Shown piece by piece: positions 26,226 through 33,964 of a stretch of 39,508 nt of DNA. The translations under genes were made by a program, and so were the position numbers. Origin of the DNA: a virus. Lineage: Duplodnaviria > Caudoviricetes. Each line of letters opens with the position of its first letter. Within the stretch, counting starts at the first letter, position 1. Location of the stretch: positions 1 through 39,508 of the IMG/VR virus record IMGVR_UViG_3300017648_000003; one strand, 5' to 3'. Under the pieces are notes generated by a model. It was not told the DNA's origin and did no database searches. It saw nothing but the letters and a program-made list of their open reading frames with translations.

Positions 26226-26518
26226 GCCTTGGTCTCATGGATCCGGGGCGGCCGGCTCCGCGCGGCCAGAACGGCCTGGCCGGCGATCGCGTCGAGAAAC
26301 TTTTGCTCGCGCTCCATCGCCCGCCGCTCCTTCTCTGTTTCCAGGTTCGCGCGAGCGATCTCCGCGCGGCGGGCCAGGTACCAGCCGAGGGCGGTCGACA
26401 GAGCCGAGCCGAGCGTTACGATCGCGCCGACGGTCGAGGGGTTGCGGGCCCACTCCAGGAGCGCGGTCAGCGAAAACCCGCCGGCGGCTCCGGTGGTCGC
26501 ATAGAGGGGATTTTGCAT
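26222..26518 (-). CDS. Holin-like membrane protein
   Basis: One or two hydrophobic helices followed by a charged coiled-coil. Confidence 0.55.
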   Translation of the reverse strand: MQNPLYATTGAAGGFSLTALLEWARNPSTVGAIVTLGSALSTALGWYLARRAEIARANLETEKERRAMEREQKFLDAIAGQAVLAARSRPPRIHETKA

Positions 26519-26630
26519 GATCGGTCGGCTCCGGCGGTTCGGGCGGTCGGTTCGGCGGCCCAGCTCGGCCCGGCCGCCCCGGGGGAGGAAGTGAAGCCCC
26601 GAAACGGCGGGCCGGGCGCGGGCGGGAGGA

Positions 26631-27149
26631 TCAGCGGACGGGGCGGTACCCGGGCGGGCACGGGGCCCCCGCGGGGATGTAGTAGTACACCGGCTCGGGC
26701 TGCTGTACGTACTGGACCGGCTCGACCGGCGGCGCTTGAGCCGCCGGCTGAACGGCCGGAACCGGCGCCGCCGTTGGCGCCTTGCCCTCGGGCTCGGGCA
26801 ACCAATCGGGACGGGCCGGTTCGGGCGGTTTGGGGGCGGGTTTGACGGGCTCGACCGGGGCGACGGGGGCGGGCGCGGGCGGCGCGTCGGGCGACCAGGC
26901 CGGGAGTTGCGTCCCCGCCAGCAGGGCCAGAATCGCCAGCAGGGCCGTGATCCAGGGCGACCGCTTCGGCTCGGCCGGTTCGGGACCGGCCGGCGGGGCC
27001 GGGGCGGACGGGCCGGCCAGCAGGCTCGCCAGGTCGATCGGGCCGGCGGGCGCCTTGAGCCGCGCGGGCCCCTCGATCACCAACAGCCGGCCGAGGCCGG
27101 GGATCGCGTATTCGCCGGGCGGTACCGGGATGTCGGTCGGATCGGGCAC
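26631..27149 (-). CDS. Pro-rich single-pass membrane protein
   Basis: KRSPWITALLAILALLAG TM segment with Pro/Ala-rich flanks. Confidence 0.6.
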   Translation of the reverse strand: MPDPTDIPVPPGEYAIPGLGRLLVIEGPARLKAPAGPIDLASLLAGPSAPAPPAGPEPAEPKRSPWITALLAILALLAGTQLPAWSPDAPPAPAPVAPVEPVKPAPKPPEPARPDWLPEPEGKAPTAAPVPAVQPAAQAPPVEPVQYVQQPEPVYYYIPAGAPCPPGYRPVR

Positions 27150-27250
27150 GGTCGGGCCTTTCCGGCGGGCGCGCGACTTACGGGCCGGCCGGTCTCCGAG
27201 GAAACCGACCGGCCCCGCGCGTCACGGGGAGTGTGGGGGGATAGAGGCGG

Positions 27251-27448
27251 TTACTTGAAAAGCACCGCCCGGACGGCGCAATCCTTGGCCTCCAGCAGCT
27301 TGCGGAGGGCGGTCGTCTTCTCCGGGTTGTCCGGGAGCGTCAGGTCGATCTCCCGGGCCAGCTCGCCGAACGGCTGGCTTATCACCCGAAGATGATCGGG
27401 GAGATGCTCGTAGGCGAAGAACTGCCGAAGATAATGGCGCTTGTCCAT
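27251..27448 (-). CDS. Small helical-hairpin protein, Acb2/Tad1-like sponge candidate
   Basis: FFAYEHLP.HL..IS.PF..LA...LP..PEK..ALRKLLEAKDCAVRA conserved phage family; sponge assignment is from recalled resemblance. Confidence 0.6.
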   Translation of the reverse strand: MDKRHYLRQFFAYEHLPDHLRVISQPFGELAREIDLTLPDNPEKTTALRKLLEAKDCAVRAVLFK

Positions 27449-27664
27449 GCGGACTCCAAAGCAACCGGCCGGCGGGCCGACCCGAAGGCCGACCCGCCGC
27501 GCCCGGTCGCGAGGGTATGGAGGGGTGGCGGGGGCGGTCCATGGCGCGCCCCCGCCAAGGGGCGTGCTTCGGGAGTTTGGAGGCCGCCGCCGCCGTCGCC
27601 GGCCGGTCGGGGGCGACCCTGCGAGGGCCGGCGGCGGCCTCCAAAAGCCCGAAGCGGGCGGGAT

Positions 27665-28090
27665 TTAGGCGGCCCCCCGCCGGGCGGCTCGACGTTCCCG
27701 GCGCGTCTTCGCGGCGGTCTTCGGAGCGGCTCCGGCGGGGGGCCGTGGCTCGGGCTTGGGGTCGGTTCGGGGGTCGCGCTTCAAGTACGGATGGCCGTCG
27801 AACCCGGACTGGTGGCAGCCGTCGACCGGGCAGTACAGGCGCGACCCGGCCGGGATCGGCCCCTTGTGCGCGCACGTCGATTGCGGCGTGAACGGCGCGA
27901 TCGGAAACAGCGGCGTGATCCACGCCAGCCAGGGCGGAACGTCGGCCTCGTAGCGCGCGGCGGCCTCGGCCTCGCGGGCGGCCTTGAGCCGCCGCTCGAC
28001 GTGCCGGGCGGTCGTGCGGTGTTTCCGGGCGATCTCCGCCGCGGTCGAGCCGGATTCGAACTCGCGCAGCCACTCGTAATCGCTGGCCAT
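27665..28090 (-). CDS. HTH plus Cys/His Zn-binding protein, candidate late regulator
   Basis: GSTAAEIARKHRTTARHVERRL HTH; CAH...CPVDGCH. Confidence 0.65.
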   Translation of the reverse strand: MASDYEWLREFESGSTAAEIARKHRTTARHVERRLKAAREAEAAARYEADVPPWLAWITPLFPIAPFTPQSTCAHKGPIPAGSRLYCPVDGCHQSGFDGHPYLKRDPRTDPKPEPRPPAGAAPKTAAKTRRERRAARRGAA

Positions 28091-28136
28091 CAGCGCGGCG
28101 CCGCGCAGCCGCTCCGGCCGGTCGGCGGCCACGGGA

Positions 28137-28379
28137 TCAGGCCCGGCGCGGGTGGAGCAGCGACTTGAGCCGCCGCGCGACCCGCAGGTGATAGGACACG
28201 GCGGCCCCGGCGGCGACGGCCCCGGCCGAGTCGGTGGGCGAGAGCGGCAACGGCCCGCCGGCCAGGTGGTTGGCGATGACCGCGACAATGGCGGTCAAGA
28301 GCGGCCACAGGTCTTTGGCCAACGGCCCCAATTTCTTCGCGGCGCTCCAAACGGCGAGCGCCGTGGTGATCCAACCCAT
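28137..28379 (-). CDS. Small membrane protein, first gene of the late operon
   Basis: GGGGGA RBS; amphipathic and hydrophobic helices. Confidence 0.65.
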   Translation of the reverse strand: MGWITTALAVWSAAKKLGPLAKDLWPLLTAIVAVIANHLAGGPLPLSPTDSAGAVAAGAAVSYHLRVARRLKSLLHPRRA

Positions 28380-28426
28380 AAGTCCCCCCTTGCGCTTGTG
28401 TCCCCTCGGTCGCGCTTCGCGCGCGT

Positions 28427-28456
28427 CCTAGTCAGTAATGCCACATCTTTCCCGAT
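28427..28456 (+). repeat. Left inverted repeat of a putative invertible segment
   Basis: 17-bp core AGTAATGCCACATCTTT (28434-28450); 25/30 match to the reverse complement of 28900-28929. Confidence 0.85.
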
Positions 28457-28521
28457 CCCGCCCCGGCCGGGCGGGCCGCCGGGCCGGGGAAACCGCTTCG
28501 CGGCCGGGGCCCGGCGCGGTT

Positions 28522-28547
28522 TAAGGTCGGAAAAATTTCCGACCTTA
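28522..28547. promoter_or_regulatory. Perfect 12-bp palindrome (operator or hairpin)
   Basis: TAAGGTCGGAAA-AA-TTTCCGACCTTA. Confidence 0.7.
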
Positions 28548-28853
28548 CGCGGCCGGCTCCCCCACCCGTAGAGACAGCCAAAGCCCGAAGTCGGGATCGA
28601 ACACGGCGGGGCAATCGGGCCGGTCCCGGCTCAGCCGGTACTCGATCGGATCGACCGACCCCGGAAACCGGACGGTGAAGCCCCGGCGCCAGCGGGGGAG
28701 CGGTTTGGGCCGGTTCGGATCGGCCCGGGGCGGCCAGGCGGACGGGGGCTCGTCGGGGCGGACGACGCGCAAACGGGGCGCGGAAGAACGCGCGGAACGA
28801 CGCGCGGGGCGGTCGGCGTTGACCATCGGGGTGACTCGCGGGGTGTGCGTCAA
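28545..28853 (-). CDS. Hypothetical protein inside the inverted-repeat-bounded segment
   Basis: C-terminal half is protein-like; extended -10 TGgTAAGAT (28885-28877) upstream; start uncertain. Confidence 0.5.
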   Translation of the reverse strand: MTHTPRVTPMVNADRPARRSARSSAPRLRVVRPDEPPSAWPPRADPNRPKPLPRWRRGFTVRFPGSVDPIEYRLSRDRPDCPAVFDPDFGLWLSLRVGEPAA

Positions 28854-28899
28854 AGTCGCCTAACAACGTACAACCCATCTTACCATGCGTGTCCACCGA

Positions 28900-28929
28900 A
28901 TCGACAAAGATGTGGCATTACTAGGTAGG
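28900..28929 (-). repeat. Right inverted repeat of a putative invertible segment
   Basis: Core AAAGATGTGGCATTACT at 28906-28922. Confidence 0.85.
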
Positions 28930-29123
28930 GAAAGCGCGCCGCGCCGGTCGGCGCGGCGCGCGCCCCGATCCCGCCCCCAAACCACCTCCCGAATTGCGTT
29001 GCCAGCCGGCGACGAACCGCCCGTCCGCCGCTCCCCGGAGCGTAGCCAGCCGGCGACGGCCCCGCCCGTCGCCAGTGGGCAACGCTTTTTCACGTCCGTC
29101 CGGTCAAAGAGAGGTTTCGAGCC

Positions 29124-29828
29124 GTGTCCGAATCCGCCGTGATCTACGTCCGCGTCTCGACCGACGAACAGGTCGAGCACGGGGTCAGCCTCCGCGCGCA
29201 AGAGGAGGTTTGCCGCCGGTTCGCCGAGGCCCAAGGGTGGCCGGTTATGGCGGTTATCCGAGAGGAGGGAATCTCCGGCGGCGTCCCGCTCGCGGCCCGG
29301 CCGGGGTTGGTCAAGGCGATCGAGGGCCTCGGCAAAGGCGACAGGATCGTCATCCTCAGACGGGACCGAATCTTCCGGGCGGATCCCTATGACAACGCCG
29401 TGATCGAACGGGCCGTCGCGGCGCGCGGGGCGCGGGTCGTCTCGACCCAGGGAGAGGGAACGGCCTCGGATTCCTCCGGGGACATCTTCACCCGTCGGAT
29501 TCTCGACGCCGTCGGCGAGAACGAGCGGCTTCGCCTCCGGGAGCGGACCCGCGAGGCCCTGAACTCGAAGCGCGCGGCGGGGGAGAGGATCGGTCAAATC
29601 CCCTACGGGTTCCGATTGGCGGCCGACGGCGTTCACTTGGAACCCGACCCGGCCGACGCCGGCCTGGCCGAAACCGTCCGCCGGCTCCGGGCCGAGGGGA
29701 GCTCCCTCCGGTCAATCGCCCGCGAGCTGGCCGCGCTGGGGTATCGGGGCAAAAACGGGGGCGGGACCGTCCCGCTCACGACGATCCGACGAATCCTTGG
29801 GAGTCTCAGCCCGTGTCCAAAGACCTGA
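29124..29828 (+). CDS. Serine recombinase (resolvase/invertase catalytic domain plus short recombinase DNA-binding domain)
   Basis: YVRVSTDEQ, RPGL, RRDRIFR, ER..RERT, PYGF, SLRSIAREL. Confidence 0.93.
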   Translation: MSESAVIYVRVSTDEQVEHGVSLRAQEEVCRRFAEAQGWPVMAVIREEGISGGVPLAARPGLVKAIEGLGKGDRIVILRRDRIFRADPYDNAVIERAVAARGARVVSTQGEGTASDSSGDIFTRRILDAVGENERLRLRERTREALNSKRAAGERIGQIPYGFRLAADGVHLEPDPADAGLAETVRRLRAEGSSLRSIARELAALGYRGKNGGGTVPLTTIRRILGSLSPCPKT

Positions 29829-30031
29829 TTTCCGACCAGCTCCGCGCCGCCCTGGCCGCCGACAAGCGGAGCCTGTACGCGATCGCCGCCGCCGCGAACG
29901 TCCCCCGGTCGGCGGTGTGCCGGTATGCCTCCGGGGAGCGGTCGATTTCGCTCGAAACGGCCGCCGCCCTGGCCGAGGCCCTCGGCCTCCGGCTGGTCCA
30001 GAACCGCCGGCGGACGGCCCGCAAAACCTGA
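29813..30031 (+). CDS. XRE-family HTH protein
   Basis: SLYAIAAAANVPRSAVCRYASGERSISLETAAALAEALGL. Confidence 0.88.
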   Translation: MSKDLISDQLRAALAADKRSLYAIAAAANVPRSAVCRYASGERSISLETAAALAEALGLRLVQNRRRTARKT

Positions 30032-30221
30032 ACCCCACCCCTCCCCCGCGGGGCGGGGCGGCCAAGGAACAGTTCGGGGCCGAAGTGTTCCCAGCGTCTC
30101 GCGCAACGAACCGGGGCGCGTCTTGCGCGGGCGCCGAAACGCGGCTGGACGGAATCACCCCGGAGTACCGATAAACCGGGCATACGGGCGGGAGCCCGGA
30201 GAAGCGCAAGGGAGTGTGAAC

Positions 30222-30500
30222 ATGTCGGCGCGTAAAACAAAAAAACGCCAAGGCGCCGAAGCGCCTGGGCGTTGCCGCAAGACCATCCATCTGCCGGCCG
30301 AGCAGGCGAAGCTACTGGCCGCCGTGGCGGGTTGGCTGGAAATGACCGAAAGCGACTTTGTGAGCGAAGCCCTAACCCCAGCGCTGAAAGGCTGGTACGT
30401 CGCTAACCGACCAGGCCGGCAGCCCGGGGAGCCGCCGTCCGAAGGGCCGCCTTCATCGCCTCTCGACGGGTCCGGGCCACCGCCTCCATCCCCAGGATAG
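30222..30500 (+). CDS. RHH-like DNA-binding protein
   Basis: RKTIHL ribbon plus two helices (…TESDFVSEAL); GGAG RBS. Confidence 0.65.
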   Translation: MSARKTKKRQGAEAPGRCRKTIHLPAEQAKLLAAVAGWLEMTESDFVSEALTPALKGWYVANRPGRQPGEPPSEGPPSSPLDGSGPPPPSPG

Positions 30501-30675
30501 AGGCGGGCGTGAATCCCGCGTCGAGCATCCCGCCGATCCGGGCCTTCAGCGAGCCCGGACATTCGGGCCGGGCCGCGTGGGCGGCCTCCAGGATGTCGAG
30601 AATCTCCCGGTCCCGGACCAGGCCCAAATACTCGGCCCGGCTGATCCTGACCTCTTCGCGCGTCAATCCGTCCAT
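30403..30675 (-). CDS. Hypothetical protein
   Basis: GGAGA RBS before ATG 30675; convergent overlap with the RHH gene. Confidence 0.6.
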   Translation of the reverse strand: MDGLTREEVRISRAEYLGLVRDREILDILEAAHAARPECPGSLKARIGGMLDAGFTPASILGMEAVARTRREAMKAALRTAAPRAAGLVG

Positions 30676-30908
30676 GCTATTCTCCGTGGGTTCGTTGGTC
30701 CGCTTGGGTAAACCTTCCCGGTCGGGTTGCCGTCCCGATCGGGCAAGATGGGGCAGGGGAGTGGCCCCCCCGGCCCGAATGACCGGGGCCGCCGCCTCGG
30801 CTTTTCCGCATGGACGCGGGGTCAAGTCGGCGGCCCAAGTCGGTCGATTAGGAGACCACCGCGGCGTCGCGGTCGTCTCCCTTGCACGCTTCCAACGGCC
30901 CGGCGGGC

Positions 30909-31151
30909 TCATCCCCCGTCGGGCCGTTGCGGTTTCGAACGGCCCTCGGGCAATTCGGGCGGAGCTTCCATCGGAGCCAGCCCCGATTCGTTCAGGTAAA
31001 CCCAGGCGCGTGGCTCCGACGATCCGATCAGGTGAACCCAAAGGTCCACCTGATCCCCGGCCGGAGTCCGCCCGGCCCACCGCCGGCAGAGCACGCCGTT
31101 GACCAGCTCGATTTCGTTCGTCGCCTCGATCGTCAGCTTGCAATACATCAC
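30909..31151 (-). CDS. Small phage protein
   Basis: AAGGAG RBS; KLTIEAT...NGV.CR.W.G.T..G pattern. Confidence 0.7.
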   Translation of the reverse strand: MMYCKLTIEATNEIELVNGVLCRRWAGRTPAGDQVDLWVHLIGSSEPRAWVYLNESGLAPMEAPPELPEGRSKPQRPDGG

Positions 31152-31158
31152 GGCTCCT

Positions 31159-31449
31159 TTATTCGTGTTCGTCCGGCCGGAAGATCGACGGCGGGGCGGT
31201 GACGGTATCCGAGGCGTCGTCGCTCAGTGCGTCGAGAATCGCGTTGTTCCGCGCCAGCGCGGCTTCCGTCGCCCCGGCGGTCGAGTCCCGAAAGAGAATC
31301 ATCCCGGCGGCGGCTTCGGCGGCCCCCGCCTGAAACCCCGCGGTGAACGCGACCTCAAGCAACGCGCCCACCCCATCGCCCGGGCCGACTCCGCCGAACG
31401 CCTGGTCGCTGAACTCCTCATAGCGCCGGCGGATCATTCGGTTGATCAC
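31159..31449 (-). CDS. Hypothetical protein (LLxxAFxAG motif)
   Basis: GTGA-coupled to the upstream gene. Confidence 0.6.
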   Translation of the reverse strand: MINRMIRRRYEEFSDQAFGGVGPGDGVGALLEVAFTAGFQAGAAEAAAGMILFRDSTAGATEAALARNNAILDALSDDASDTVTAPPSIFRPDEHE

Positions 31450-31709
31450 TTTCCACCTCCCTCCCCAAGCTTGCGGTGGATCTCCGCGAGCGCCTTTTCG
31501 GCCACCCGCTCGGTTTTGCGACTCGTCTCGGCGGAAAACCGACAGCCGGCCAAAACCCCCGCGGCGAACGCCGTCGCGAGCAAGTCGCTCCACGCCGGGT
31601 TTGGATGTTGCTCAAACGTCTTCCCGACATACTCGTCAAAGCATCTCGATGCATAGTCGCCGAACGCGCCGGCCAAGTCGTCTTCGTCCCGCTCCCTCTC
31701 GTTCACCAT
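31446..31709 (-). CDS. Hypothetical protein (LLxxAFxAG motif)
   Basis: Start overlaps the upstream stop. Confidence 0.6.
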   Translation of the reverse strand: MVNERERDEDDLAGAFGDYASRCFDEYVGKTFEQHPNPAWSDLLATAFAAGVLAGCRFSAETSRKTERVAEKALAEIHRKLGEGGGK

Positions 31710-32188
31710 GCGAACCCCCGCTGAACCAGCTTGTCGTTCGTCTCCGGAATCGGCTCCGGCTCCGGCGGCGGGACGGGGGCCTCGTCGGCCCAGGGCACGT
31801 CCGCCGGCTTCGGTTGCGGCCAGGCCCGCGACCACGCGAGGCCCGGCGGTCGGTAATCCGGGAACGGCCCGGACCCGACCCAAAAATAGGCTCCCTCCCC
31901 GCCGCCGTTGCAGCGGTAGAAGCCGGTCCGTCCTTGCGGCGGACCCGGCTCGCCGAACTCCCGGACCAGGTCGGCCCGGGACTCGACCCACTGGATCGCC
32001 TCCCGCTCGGCCTTGGCCTCCGCCTCGGCCTCCTTGAGCGCCGCCCGCTCGGCCGCCTTGGCGGCCCGGAGCTCGGCCCGCTCCTCTTTGGTCAGCGGCC
32101 AGGGCTCAAGCCCGGCGAACGCCCGGAGCGTCTGGCTCAGCGGCTCGCCCTGAACCCGCTTCAGGTGGATTTGCTTCATCGCTCCCAT
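31703..32188 (-). CDS. Hypothetical protein with coiled-coil
   Basis: GGAGG RBS, EAK-rich helix. Confidence 0.65.
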   Translation of the reverse strand: MGAMKQIHLKRVQGEPLSQTLRAFAGLEPWPLTKEERAELRAAKAAERAALKEAEAEAKAEREAIQWVESRADLVREFGEPGPPQGRTGFYRCNGGGEGAYFWVGSGPFPDYRPPGLAWSRAWPQPKPADVPWADEAPVPPPEPEPIPETNDKLVQRGFAW

Positions 32189-32414
32189 CGACGGCTTCCT
32201 CCTCCCCTTCCGGCCAGGCCGGCTCGATGTCCACCAGCTCGACGGCTCCGCCTCGGCAGACCACGCCCCCGATCACCTCGCGCGCTCCATCGGCCCGGAC
32301 GCCGTAAACGTTGAAGGTCGCGTTGGCGCCGCGCCGCGGCTCCCAGCCGGCGAGCAGATCACGGATCCCCGACCAGGTCCGCCCGCCGGCCCAAAGATAT
32401 GCGTAGCGGCTCAT
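32106..32414 (-). CDS. Hypothetical protein
   Basis: ATGA overlap with the VRR-NUC stop. Confidence 0.55.
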   Translation of the reverse strand: MSRYAYLWAGGRTWSGIRDLLAGWEPRRGANATFNVYGVRADGAREVIGGVVCRGGAVELVDIEPAWPEGEEEAVDGSDEANPPEAGSGRAAEPDAPGVRRA

Positions 32415-32851
32415 GGGTCATCCTCCGGCCAGTAGACGAGCGAATCCTCGTCGTCGTCGATCCGAACCCGATAGCCCGTTTTGAGCAGCCGGAGAACCTC
32501 CATCGCGTGCTCCGGGGAGTCGGCCCAGAACCCGAACCCGCCGTTGGCGTTGGTGCGCCTCAGGCGGTCGAGCTGCTTTTCCCACCGCTCGCGGGCCTTG
32601 CCATAACAACGCCGCGGCTCGAAGCCCTCCCGCTTGCACTCGATGTCGACCTTGAGCCCCTTCCGCTCGCCCCAGGCCGGGCCGGTCATCCCGGTCAGGT
32701 CCGAATTCCCCGGCCGGCCGAACGGGACGTATTGGCCCCGGTCGTTGGTTCGGCCGCCGGTGTTTTGCCGCTCGATCTCGACACCGAGCAACCGGCAAAC
32801 GTCGGCGACGGCGGACAGGACGGTGGATTCGGGCAGTCGGCGGGCCAGCAT
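32411..32851 (-). CDS. VRR-NUC / PD-(D/E)XK nuclease (Holliday-junction resolvase-like)
   Basis: PESTV, GNSDLTG, DIECKREG, Q...GG motifs. Confidence 0.85.
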   Translation of the reverse strand: MLARRLPESTVLSAVADVCRLLGVEIERQNTGGRTNDRGQYVPFGRPGNSDLTGMTGPAWGERKGLKVDIECKREGFEPRRCYGKARERWEKQLDRLRRTNANGGFGFWADSPEHAMEVLRLLKTGYRVRIDDDEDSLVYWPEDDP

Positions 32852-33042
32852 CAGAACAGCCTCGGTTGGCGCTCGAGGATTTGCTCGACCATCGCGTCAA
32901 CCCGGGCCTCAAGCGCCTTGGCCTCCCGGAGCGTGGTCGGCTTGCGGTCCCGGCTGAAGAACTCGCGTTGTTTCGCGCGCATCTCCTCAACCTTGACGGC
33001 CAGGGCGCGAAGCCTCATTTCATCGTTTGTGATTGTGCTCAT
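32851..33042 (-). CDS. Small helical phage protein
   Basis: MRAKQREFF...AKALEARVD...QPRLF; coupled on both sides. Confidence 0.7.
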   Translation of the reverse strand: MSTITNDEMRLRALAVKVEEMRAKQREFFSRDRKPTTLREAKALEARVDAMVEQILERQPRLF

Positions 33043-33725
33043 CGGTCCCACCTCCCTCCGGCCCGTTCGAACCCGCCGCCCGCCGTCGGCCGGATCTGGA
33101 ACAGCCCTTGAGCGCCCACCAGCGGCGCGGGCTCCGCCAGCGGCTGAACGTCGGCCAACAGCCAGGCCCAGCGGCCCGGCCCGAAGTCGCCGAACGCCCG
33201 CTCGGTTTCGCCGACGGCCGGGCCGCGGGCGAAGGCGTCGACGCAATCGACGACGTTGCCGACGGCGAGAACCGCCCCCAGCGGCAGGAAGACCGGCGGC
33301 CGGCGGCCGAGGAAGTACCGGCCCTCCGCCAGCGGGATTTCGATCCCGGCCGCCTCCAGAGCCGACCGGAACGGCTCCTTGGCGCAGAGGACGGCCAGCT
33401 CGCGGTTCCAGACCTTCGCCGCGTGGATCGCCAGCGGCCCCCGGTGGCCGGTCGGCCAGCCCCGGGTTTCGTAGCGCTTGGCCCCGATCGCGATGAGCGA
33501 GGCCCACGGCTGGTGAAGGGACAGGCAGAGGATGCGGTCGGTTCCGGTGGTCGCGCCCGCGAGCAAAGCCGCCTTCCTGGTGGGCATTGCCGTGAGGACC
33601 TGGCCGCTCTCGCGATCAACAAATTCCACGGCGGCCCCTTTGGCCCTCCAGTGACCGCCGCGAGGCCAATTGCCGATCATGTGCTTGTTGAGGTAATCGA
33701 GAATCTCAATTTCGGTTATCGCCAC
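33039..33725 (-). CDS. ASCH domain protein with N-terminal extension
   Basis: LSLHQPWASLIAIGAKRYETRGW..HRGPLAIHAAK...GAQGLF. Confidence 0.92.
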   Translation of the reverse strand: MAITEIEILDYLNKHMIGNWPRGGHWRAKGAAVEFVDRESGQVLTAMPTRKAALLAGATTGTDRILCLSLHQPWASLIAIGAKRYETRGWPTGHRGPLAIHAAKVWNRELAVLCAKEPFRSALEAAGIEIPLAEGRYFLGRRPPVFLPLGAVLAVGNVVDCVDAFARGPAVGETERAFGDFGPGRWAWLLADVQPLAEPAPLVGAQGLFQIRPTAGGGFERAGGRWDR

Positions 33726-33964
33726 GCCTTGCTCCTTTCGCGTCCCGTCTCACCCCCGATCTTATGCAGGTTGCCGCATGGGACGACGTACAGCCGCCCG
33801 TCCAGCTCGACGCCGTGATTGCGGGGCTTGCCCTTGCTCACGATCACGACCTTGACCAGCGCGTCTTGCAGGGGCGCGACCGAGGCGCGAGTCCCAATCC
33901 TCGCCAACATCACCCGGCTGTATCCGACGCGGACGATCTGGCCGGGGCGGGGATTGGCCATCAT
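33716..33964 (-). CDS. Small beta-rich (SH3-like) protein
   Basis: Coupled to both neighbours. Confidence 0.65.
   Translation of the reverse strand: MMANPRPGQIVRVGYSRVMLARIGTRASVAPLQDALVKVVIVSKGKPRNHGVELDGRLYVVPCGNLHKIGGETGRERSKAWR

Noticed and set aside
29124-29828. IS607 transposase or large serine integrase
   Set aside because: No N-terminal MerR-like HTH or tnpB, and too short for a large serine integrase with a Zn-ribbon domain
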